Source of the DNA: Sedimentisphaera cyanobacteriorum
GTDB lineage: Bacteria; Planctomycetota; Phycisphaerae; Sedimentisphaerales; Sedimentisphaeraceae
NCBI RefSeq assembly: GCF_001997385.1
Contig: NZ_CP019633.1
Coordinates: 1,830,001 to 1,862,000, forward strand
Reading direction: 5' to 3'
Length of the DNA: 32,000 nucleotides
Every line of letters begins with the position of its first letter. Position 1 is the stretch's first letter. The position numbers and the translations under genes were made by a program. The notes under the pieces are model-generated. The model was not told the origin of the DNA, searched no databases, and saw only the letters and a list, made by a program, of their open reading frames with translations. Of this stretch, positions 25,135 to 32,000 are shown piece by piece.

Positions 25135-27738
25135 ATGAAAAGTTTTGTAACATTATGTACTATTATGTTGTTAGCTGTTGGAGCTAATGTAATGGGGGCT
25201 CTTAACTTGTATTGCGGGTACGACTACGCCGGAGACACAATTGACGGCCAGTCATCCGGGAATGACATAGGCCTCTTGGAAAGCTGGTCTGCGAGCGGCT
25301 TCGGATTGGGCAGTGGCAGTTTGGATTATCCACTGAATGCTGGATTTTCGACACTCGGAAATAGAGTCGTTGCATATTCGTCTGTGCAAATTACAGGCTC
25401 CAGGCAAATGGCTTCCGCTGCCGAGATTGATTTAGGAGTTGATAAGGATTATTATATCAGCTACCTGCTTCGAAAAGATGGTAATAGATATGTCGGCTTT
25501 CAGCTGAATGGTGTTGGTGTGCCCTTTATCGAAATGGGAATCGGGCACGGCAACGATTTTAGAGTATGCGTTGAAGATGAAGGCTGCGTGGAAGCTGAAT
25601 TCGATGCAGTTGCCGGTTCAACATATCTTATTGTCTGCAAAATTGAGGCCAGAGTTGCCGAAGATGATAAGATTTACATGAAAATATACGAAAATACAGA
25701 AGCAGTCGATATCAATGAACCCCTTGAAAGTGAATATGACGTGTCGAATTCTGCTAATTTGGGTGGTACTTACGACACAGTTTTATTCAGGTCCAATGCT
25801 GAGGTCAATTTAGAAGTTGATGAATTGCGTATTGGAGATTATTGGTATGACGTAGCCTATGGTTCCCCTGAATTTGCTTATGACCCGTATCCTGCTAACG
25901 GAGCAACAGCTGTAGCTACTGACCCTGAATTAAATTGGCAGTCTGCAAATAGTTCAGCAACTTATGATGTTTATTTTGGAACTGACCCAAACTCACTTTC
26001 ACAGGTTGCTACTTCAATCAGCGAGACCTCTTGGCCTCTCAGTTCGCTCTCTGTAGGTACTCAATATTTCTGGCGCGTTGATACAGTTAGCGGTGCTACT
26101 GTTGTTACCAGTGAAGTATGGACATTTACTACAGCCGGTAAGGCCGAAAATCCAAAACCCGAAAACAATTCAGAAAACAACTCAGTAAATCCGCAGCTTA
26201 CGTGGAGTGGTAATCCATTATCAGACTCATATGACATTTATTTTGGAGATTCGGCGCAAAATCTTAATTTCGTATCCAATGTAACAGAGGAGAGCTATCA
26301 AATTACTGATGCGCTCAATGAGGACAGTGTATATTTCTGGCGTATTGATACGCTTGACAGTGAGGGTAACTTGCTTGAAACAGGCGATGTATGGCAGTTT
26401 ACAACTGGCAGTTTATTCGCTTACTGGAAACTGGATAAGGATAGCGGAACCAACGTGGAAAATGCTATTACAACAGGAGTTGACGGCACGATTGTTGCCC
26501 CGAATAATGATTACTCTCGCGAAGCCGGCGTTTTAGGTAAAGCTTTGAGATTAAGTCCAATCGACCAGACGAATGACAATGGTCCTCGAATAGAACTGCA
26601 AGACATTGGCTCCAATGCAGGTATCAATACAGACAAAGCCACTATTGGAATGTGGTTATATCTGGATGGACCTCAGCAGGATCCTACAGGCCTTTTCATT
26701 AACCGCGGAACCGGAACGGGATTTTGGATGGCAGGTTCCAATCGACATTTGAGATATATGTGGGACGGGGGCAATTATGGCAGCGATATTACTTTGCCGC
26801 TGAATAAATGGGTTTATTTGGCATGGGTTGTTGAGCCGAATAAGGCGAGCTTTTATTTGTTTGAAGACGGTGAGGTTCGTTCATGGGTCAACTCGCAATC
26901 TCATGGCCTTAACGCCTTCAGCGGTCCTACACGGATTGGTGCAGAAGTGTTGCCCAGAGATCGATTTTTTAAGGGATTGATAGATGAAGTTCGTGTATAT
27001 AACAGACCACTGAATCTATCTGAAGTTCAGGACGTTTACGAACAAAGCTCCATTGCAAAATACCCTAATCCCTTAAATGGTGAAATAAATGTTCCAACCG
27101 ACTTGACTTTGGAATGGATGCAAGGGACTGGAATGGTCTCACAGGATGTATACTTAAGCACTGATCCAGATTTCACAGGAGAGAGTCCTGTTGCAACTGG
27201 TGTTGTCTCCGAAAGTTGGCCTATATCTGATTTGGATTTGGATATGGAGTACTACTGGAGAGTTGATACGGTTACCGATGCAAACTCGATTCAAGGAAAT
27301 GTATGGAGTTTTGAGACAATTCCTCCAAAGGCATACGATCCAACGCCAAGTAATGACGCAGTTGATGTAGCTCCGGATCAGGATCTATCTTGGACTCCTG
27401 CCCCGGGTGGTCCTTATGAACATCAGGTTTACTTAAGCACAGATTTAACTGAAGTAAATGAACGGCAAGCGGCAGCCTATCAGGGAGAATTTAGCTCTGC
27501 CACTTTTGACCCCGCTGATTTAGAATGGAATACAAAGTACTACTGGGCTGTCGATGAGTACGATGGAGCAAATCTCTATTCCGGCGAACTTTGGAATTTC
27601 ACTACTATTACGCCGGTTTGCGATCCTCCTCTCGCAGCGGACTTGAACGGCGACTGTATAGTAACCATGGATGACTTTTCTGTGATGGCTTTACAGTGGC
27701 TGCAGTGCAACCTTGTCCCTGTTGAAGCTTGCCCGTAA
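25135..27738 (+). CDS. Secreted modular protein: N-terminal ConA-like domain, 2 FN3-like modules, a LamG domain, 2 FN3-like modules and a dockerin-like tail
   Basis: The signal peptide MKSFVTLCTIMLLAVGANVMGA starts at the ATG at 25135, with an AAAGGTG RBS. The four ~85-aa modules carry Y.VY.GTD...YFWRVD...G.VW.FTT, at about 25882-26133, 26149-26406, 27058-27318 and 27328-27606. The LamG-type block is at about 26410-27042 (WLYLDG...FYLFEDGE...IDEVRVYNRPL). The C-terminal segment DLNGDCIVTMDDFSVMALQWL is the dockerin-like tail. Confidence 0.75.
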   Translation: MKSFVTLCTIMLLAVGANVMGALNLYCGYDYAGDTIDGQSSGNDIGLLESWSASGFGLGSGSLDYPLNAGFSTLGNRVVAYSSVQITGSRQMASAAEIDLGVDKDYYISYLLRKDGNRYVGFQLNGVGVPFIEMGIGHGNDFRVCVEDEGCVEAEFDAVAGSTYLIVCKIEARVAEDDKIYMKIYENTEAVDINEPLESEYDVSNSANLGGTYDTVLFRSNAEVNLEVDELRIGDYWYDVAYGSPEFAYDPYPANGATAVATDPELNWQSANSSATYDVYFGTDPNSLSQVATSISETSWPLSSLSVGTQYFWRVDTVSGATVVTSEVWTFTTAGKAENPKPENNSENNSVNPQLTWSGNPLSDSYDIYFGDSAQNLNFVSNVTEESYQITDALNEDSVYFWRIDTLDSEGNLLETGDVWQFTTGSLFAYWKLDKDSGTNVENAITTGVDGTIVAPNNDYSREAGVLGKALRLSPIDQTNDNGPRIELQDIGSNAGINTDKATIGMWLYLDGPQQDPTGLFINRGTGTGFWMAGSNRHLRYMWDGGNYGSDITLPLNKWVYLAWVVEPNKASFYLFEDGEVRSWVNSQSHGLNAFSGPTRIGAEVLPRDRFFKGLIDEVRVYNRPLNLSEVQDVYEQSSIAKYPNPLNGEINVPTDLTLEWMQGTGMVSQDVYLSTDPDFTGESPVATGVVSESWPISDLDLDMEYYWRVDTVTDANSIQGNVWSFETIPPKAYDPTPSNDAVDVAPDQDLSWTPAPGGPYEHQVYLSTDLTEVNERQAAAYQGEFSSATFDPADLEWNTKYYWAVDEYDGANLYSGELWNFTTITPVCDPPLAADLNGDCIVTMDDFSVMALQWLQCNLVPVEACP
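26674..26953. repeat. Near-identical 280-bp tract shared with 30556-30835
   Basis: A direct base-by-base comparison found 278/280 identical. The differences are at 26767 (g vs a) and 26949 (g vs a). The flanking paralogous sequence is much more diverged. Confidence 0.9.
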
Positions 27739-27791
27739 ATGAAAAACTAATTTCATTTGTTACATGAGAGCATGAACTTACTTAACTAAAC

Positions 27792-27835
27792 AACAAGCCG
27801 CAATGAGTGTTATATCCGTTGCGGCTTGTTTTAAT
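27792..27835 (+). terminator. Rho-independent terminator after the LamG exoprotein gene
   Basis: The perfect 12-bp stem AACAAGCCGCAA / TTGCGGCTTGTT (27792-27803 and 27819-27830) runs into a T-rich tail. Confidence 0.75.
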
Positions 27836-27954
27836 ATTAGACAAAACAGATTTGATAAAGAAGCTCAAATGCTTAGATTTATCATAAACTGAAATCAAAA
27901 TGATTTTAACAAAAAAAAACGTCAACACTTACAATAATAATTAAAAGGAATAGC

Positions 27955-30900
27955 ATGTATAAACACCTTTTATACTGGTTTTTGATTAATATGTTTTGCT
28001 GGGCAGCTTTGCCTTCGAAAGCTCATTCATCAGATTTTACAAATTCACTCGGAATGGAGATGTTCCGGATTGAAGCTGGTAAATTCGAAATGGGTGGGTC
28101 GGAGGGAGAAACATTGATCCCTTCTGATCAATGGGACGAAAAGCCGGTTCATCAGGTAACTGTCACTCAACCTTTCTACATGGCTTCAACTGAAGTTACA
28201 AATGCTCAGTATGAACAGTTTGACCCTGAACATTCCACTTTTCGCGGATTACGCGGCGTTTCTTCAGAAGACAATGATGCGGTTGTGTATGTCAGTTGGA
28301 ACGAGGCCGAAGCTTTTTGTGAATGGCTCAGTCAAAAAGAAGGAAAGAATTATCGTTTGCCTACAGAGGCTGAATGGGAATATGCCTGCAGAGCGGGAAC
28401 CTCAACTGCCTATTGGACAGGCAGCGAATTGCCTGAAGCTCATCATCGAAACCAGTGGGTCGAAAGACAGGGCAACCATAAGGACAGTGATTTGAGAAAG
28501 CTCAAAGGTAAAGTGGAGGTCTCTCTGCAAGTTGGAACTATGCCGCCTAATCCATGGGGCCTGCATGAGATGCATGGTAATGTTGAAGAATGGGTTTCGG
28601 ACTGGTATGGTCAGTATTCAAACCATAGCTGCTTAGATCCAGTTGGACCAGCTGACGGCATGTTTAAGGTTACCCGAGGCGGGAGCCACAACACAGCATT
28701 AAAATATTTGCGATCTGCAAATCGGTCTGCGACATTACCCGAAGACAAACATTGGTTAATTGGCTTTAGAGTAGTCCAGGCACCAATGCCGGATACTGAT
28801 CCAGCACAGTCAGTATTGCCTGAAATGAGCGATCCCTCGGCAGATCAACAGAATGCTCAGTGGTCTGAATCTACTGAATTACCATTTTTTTCAGGTCCTA
28901 TCCCCTTTGTTCAACCGGACAGCGAACACCCTTTAATGTCTGAATTGCCGCATCATCATTGCCCAACAATCACATGGGCTCCCAATGGAGATTTGATTGC
29001 GGCTTGGTTTAATACAATCAGTGAAATTGGTCGTGAAATGGTTATTGTTTCAAGTCGGCTCCGTTATAATAATGGAGAGTGGGCAGATAAATGGGATACA
29101 GCCCGCTTGTTTTTCGCTCCCGCCGATCGCAATACTACTGGCAGCTCTCTTTTGAATGACGGTTTAGGTCGAATTTATTTCTTTAATGCTATCGGTGATT
29201 CTGGACATCACAGAGACCAGAGTATGATGATGAGTTTCAGTGAAGACAGCGGTAAGACATGGTCAAGCCCTAAAATCATCAGCGATTTAAAGAATAGGCA
29301 TAAATACACACCAATGGACAGTGCTTTTGTAGAAAACGGCGGCCAAAGGATTGTTCTTTCGGTTGATTATGCCCCGATTGGACATAGTGCAAACGAAGCA
29401 GGTTCCGGCGTTTTTATAAGCCAAGACAGAGGTAAATCATGGTTAGACAAGATTAGTAACAAATCGAGGCCAAAAGTAGCTCATGGAAGTACGGATGGGC
29501 TCGTTGCAGGCTTTCATATTAACACGGTAAGATTAACTGATGGCCGATTATTGGCAATGGCACGCGGGCAGGGCAGATTTGATATCAATGGCCACATCAC
29601 TAAGAGTTATTCAAACGATGAAGGAGAAACATGGACTTATCAAGAAAGCTGCTTCCCTGATATTAGCTACGGGCGAAGACTTGTTTTAATGCGGTTGAAC
29701 AAAGGACCGATTATGCTGGTTTCCTTCACCGACCCAACTGACGGGATGGAGTTTTTGGACTCAAACGGAGATTCATTTACCGGTTACGGGATGTTTGCTG
29801 CCTTATCGTATGACGAAGGAAGTACATGGCCAACCCAAAAATTAATTACGCCGGGTAAAGGAACCTATGACGGAAAAGCCCATACAGGAACATTTAATGC
29901 AACTGCTACTCAGGCTGAACCCAAAGGCTACTTGGCAGCTACCCAAACCCCTGATGATACAATTCATCTAATCAGCAGCGGTTTGCATTATCAATATAAT
30001 CTTGAATGGCTTGAAACTCCCGCAGATCCGCCTCCAGTACCAAACAACAGTTCAGAAAATAACTCTATTAGTCCGTTACTCAAGTGGAATAAAATCAATA
30101 ACGCCAATTCGTACAGGGTTTATTTGGGGGATAGTACGGAAACAATGCAGCATTTACAAACTACAGCAGATTTAGAATATCAGGTTGCCAGTCCTCTGAA
30201 AGCAAAAAACTCTTATTTTTGGCGAGTAGATGCCCTTGATGAGCAAGGAGATCTTATCCAAACCGGTGATGTATGGAAGTTTACCACTGGCGGTTTATTC
30301 GGCTACTGGAAGCTTGATGAGGAAAGCGGAACCACGGTGAAAAATGCTATTGAGGGTGGTCCTGATGGTACGATTGTTGCCCCAAATAATGATTATTCCC
30401 GCGAGAGCGGTGTTATAGGCAAAGCTGTAAAGTTTAGTCCAATCGATCAGACGGGCGACAATGGCCCTCGAATAGAATTGCAGGACATTGGCTCTCACGC
30501 AGACATATATACCAATACATCCACTGTTGCGATGTGGCTGTACCTTGATGGTCATCAGCAGGATCCTACAGGCCTTTTCATTAACCGCGGAACCGGAACG
30601 GGATTTTGGATGGCAGGTTCCAATCGACATTTGAGATATATGTGGGACAGGGGCAATTATGGCAGCGATATTACTTTGCCGCTGAATAAATGGGTTTATT
30701 TGGCATGGGTTGTTGAGCCGAATAAGGCGAGCTTTTATTTGTTTGAAGACGGTGAGGTTCGTTCATGGGTCAACTCGCAATCTCATGGCCTTAACGCCTT
30801 CAGCGGTCCTACACGGATTGGTGCAGAAGTATTGCAGCGGGAGCGATTTTTGAGTGGAATGATAGACGATGTTCGCATATACAATCGTCCTCTTAGTGTA

Positions 30901-31023
30901 TCGGAGCTTCAGGAATTTTACCAATGGGAGCCTTTGCAGTCCGATCTTAATAAAAACGGCGTCGTTGATGGAAATGATTTAATGTTATTTTTTGCGGAAT
31001 GGATGTACAGTAGCATTGAATAG
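27955..31023 (+). CDS. Secreted fusion protein: FGE/SUMF1-like domain (no catalytic Cys pair), BNR/Asp-box beta-propeller, FN3-like module, LamG domain and dockerin-like tail
   Basis: It has a signal peptide (..CWAALPSKAHS). The FGE-sulfatase-family motifs lie at about 28042-28785: YRLPTEAEWEYACRAGT, WGLHEMHGNVEEWV, RGGSH and IGFRVV. Four Asp boxes are present: SEDSGKTW 29239-29262, SQDRGKSW 29419-29442, SNDEGETW 29611-29634 and SYDEGSTW 29806-29829. The FN3-like module is at about 30037-30288 and the LamG domain at about 30292-30924. The tail is DLNKNGVVDGNDLMLFFAEWM. Confidence 0.8.
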   Translation: MYKHLLYWFLINMFCWAALPSKAHSSDFTNSLGMEMFRIEAGKFEMGGSEGETLIPSDQWDEKPVHQVTVTQPFYMASTEVTNAQYEQFDPEHSTFRGLRGVSSEDNDAVVYVSWNEAEAFCEWLSQKEGKNYRLPTEAEWEYACRAGTSTAYWTGSELPEAHHRNQWVERQGNHKDSDLRKLKGKVEVSLQVGTMPPNPWGLHEMHGNVEEWVSDWYGQYSNHSCLDPVGPADGMFKVTRGGSHNTALKYLRSANRSATLPEDKHWLIGFRVVQAPMPDTDPAQSVLPEMSDPSADQQNAQWSESTELPFFSGPIPFVQPDSEHPLMSELPHHHCPTITWAPNGDLIAAWFNTISEIGREMVIVSSRLRYNNGEWADKWDTARLFFAPADRNTTGSSLLNDGLGRIYFFNAIGDSGHHRDQSMMMSFSEDSGKTWSSPKIISDLKNRHKYTPMDSAFVENGGQRIVLSVDYAPIGHSANEAGSGVFISQDRGKSWLDKISNKSRPKVAHGSTDGLVAGFHINTVRLTDGRLLAMARGQGRFDINGHITKSYSNDEGETWTYQESCFPDISYGRRLVLMRLNKGPIMLVSFTDPTDGMEFLDSNGDSFTGYGMFAALSYDEGSTWPTQKLITPGKGTYDGKAHTGTFNATATQAEPKGYLAATQTPDDTIHLISSGLHYQYNLEWLETPADPPPVPNNSSENNSISPLLKWNKINNANSYRVYLGDSTETMQHLQTTADLEYQVASPLKAKNSYFWRVDALDEQGDLIQTGDVWKFTTGGLFGYWKLDEESGTTVKNAIEGGPDGTIVAPNNDYSRESGVIGKAVKFSPIDQTGDNGPRIELQDIGSHADIYTNTSTVAMWLYLDGHQQDPTGLFINRGTGTGFWMAGSNRHLRYMWDRGNYGSDITLPLNKWVYLAWVVEPNKASFYLFEDGEVRSWVNSQSHGLNAFSGPTRIGAEVLQRERFLSGMIDDVRIYNRPLSVSELQEFYQWEPLQSDLNKNGVVDGNDLMLFFAEWMYSSIE
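30556..30835. repeat. Near-identical 280-bp tract shared with 26674-26953
   Basis: See 26674-26953. The offset is exactly 3882 nt, and both copies are in the same reading frame of their LamG domains. Confidence 0.9.
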
Positions 31024-31096
31024 CACTTTTCCTGACTGAGATTAAGATTATAAGACTCTTGAAAATAATTATTTATCTAAATTAAAAGTACTAAAA

Positions 31097-32000
31097 ATGA
31101 AACAGTCAAACAAAAAATCAGACGTTAATTTTGACCGCAGAAGCTTTTTGTATGCCGCAGCAGGGACGGCTGTTTTCGGGTCTCTGAAATCCAAGGCGAG
31201 CTCTGATTTCTCAGGCATAAATATCCAGAGCACCCTCAGCCCAGACGAAAAGCCCAACATAATCATTATGATGACAGACCAGCAGCGTTTCGATGCTCTG
31301 GGGTGCATGGGAAATAAGGCCGTTCATACGCCAAATATAGACCGGCTTGCCAAGGAGGGCACGCTGTTTGAACGCTGCTATGTGAGCAATCCGATATGCA
31401 CGCCAAGCAGGGCTAGTATGCTAACGGGCAAAACAGTCCCCGGCCACGGGCTCTACCGCCTTTACGACAACCTGCCGGAGGATGAGGTTATGTTCCCTGA
31501 ATACCTCCGCCGCGCCGGCTACAAAACCGCAATGTTCGGCAAGATGCACACCTCCGGCCGGCTCAAGGAATCTAAAGAAAGGCACCCGCACGACGGCTTC
31601 GAGATTTATAAATGGTGCATCGAGCCTTATATCCATCAGGACAGCCCACTGAATGGATACACCAAATGGCTGAGAAAGAAAGACCCCGCCTTTGCCGAGA
31701 AGCTCAGGAAACAGGGCAGGGATATAAGCAGAATCCCGCGAGAGCTTCATATGACAAAATGGGCAGCGGACAATACGATAGACCTTATAAACGATTACAA
31801 AGAGGGGCAGCCGTTTTTCGGCATAATGAGCGTTTTCGATCCGCACAACCCCTACGAGGGATATCCGCCGGAAATGGCAAAGCTTATTGATGAGGATAAA
31901 ATCGAAGACCCGATGCTGAAAAAGAGCTCAGACGAGCCAGACCCAATAGCCTATGAAAGAAATAAATCACAGCTTGGCAGTATTGATAATTTCAGCCTTG
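31097..32000 (+). CDS. Cys-type sulfatase (S1 family) with a twin-arginine signal; the 3' end lies outside the window
   Basis: This gene is not in the supplied ORF track because it is open at the window end. My own translation from the ATG at 31097 reads MKQSNKKSDVNFDRRSFLYAAAGTAVFG...NIIIMMTDQQRFDALG...SNPICTPSRASMLTGK..., with no stop through 31999. It contains the Tat motif RRSFL, the sulfatase signature C-T-P-S-R at 31397-31411, and the metal-binding MTDQQR. It starts 73 nt after the upstream gene with no terminator between them. Confidence 0.9.
   Translation, partial: MKQSNKKSDVNFDRRSFLYAAAGTAVFGSLKSKASSDFSGINIQSTLSPDEKPNIIIMMTDQQRFDALGCMGNKAVHTPNIDRLAKEGTLFERCYVSNPICTPSRASMLTGKTVPGHGLYRLYDNLPEDEVMFPEYLRRAGYKTAMFGKMHTSGRLKESKERHPHDGFEIYKWCIEPYIHQDSPLNGYTKWLRKKDPAFAEKLRKQGRDISRIPRELHMTKWAADNTIDLINDYKEGQPFFGIMSVFDPHNPYEGYPPEMAKLIDEDKIEDPMLKKSSDEPDPIAYERNKSQLGSIDNFSL

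Noticed and set aside
28042-28785. Calling the N-terminal domain a functional formylglycine-generating enzyme for the neighbouring sulfatase
   Set aside because: The position of the catalytic C-x4-C pair reads LKYLRS with no cysteine. The protein has a Sec signal, while the sulfatase has a Tat signal. The domain is therefore reported only as FGE-like (SUMF1/EgtB/PvdO superfamily).
28957-30009. Calling the BNR propeller a GH33 sialidase
   Set aside because: Four Asp boxes are clear, but I could not find the (F/Y)RIP motif or verify the Arg triad by eye. It is kept as BNR/sialidase-like only.
31421-31846. A 141-aa minus-strand ORF near the window end
   Set aside because: It is antisense to the sulfatase reading frame, which has unambiguous family signatures.
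1-32000. A search for tRNA, rRNA, integrase or transposase genes and prophage boundaries
   Set aside because: I found no T-arm (GGTTCGAATCC-like) contexts, no rRNA-like segments and no recombinase motifs on either strand.

Overview
This is a 32-kb chromosomal window of about 50% GC with no rRNA, tRNA, CRISPR or transposase genes that I could find. The gene content suggests a PVC-group bacterium, possibly Planctomycetota or Phycisphaerae-like. That taxon guess is inference from a pseudopilin-like protein, exoproteins with LamG domains and dockerin-like tails, and a Tat-exported sulfatase.

Layout from left to right:
- 2-3057: a truncated pseudopilin-like gene, then a three-gene metal ABC uptake operon (binding lipoprotein, ATPase, permease).
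- 3060-4300: a repeat-rich non-coding island of about 1.3 kb with two ~195-bp direct repeats.
- 4356-4899 (minus strand): a small 61-aa ORF behind a long leader that has a near-consensus promoter and two tandem terminator hairpins.
- 5116-9381: purF and purM, then a SAM methyltransferase translationally coupled to a UbiA prenyltransferase.
- 9428-11622 (minus strand): an Opp/Dpp-type permease pair with no ATPase or binding protein nearby.
- 12125-15821: a secreted beta-helix protein, a cation/proton antiporter, and a secreted tandem-module protein split by a G7 homopolymer frameshift.
- 16465-18470: a Maa-type acetyltransferase, then an ArsR, J-domain protein and methyltransferase unit on the minus strand.
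- 18544-32000: a LacI-associated glycan-utilisation-like locus.
  - On the minus strand it holds a DHDPS/NanA-family aldolase, an SSS symporter, a URO-D-like protein and a YidR/DUF3748-like beta-propeller.
  - Diverging from it on the plus strand are a large FN3-like/LamG exoprotein, a 1022-aa fusion protein, and a Tat-signal Cys-type sulfatase.
  - The fusion combines a Cys-less FGE-like domain, a BNR propeller, an FN3-like module, a LamG domain and a dockerin-like tail.
  - The sulfatase runs off the window end and is missing from the supplied ORF track.

Most noteworthy observations:
- the FGE-like/BNR/LamG fusion next to the sulfatase;
- a 280-bp near-identical tract between two otherwise diverged LamG domains;
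- a shared 13-nt palindromic LacI-type site in front of both divergent units;
- the poly-G frameshift;
- a single-segment dockerin-like C-terminal tail on three exoproteins;
- the tandem-terminator leader.

All family assignments come from motif recognition by eye. No database search was run.
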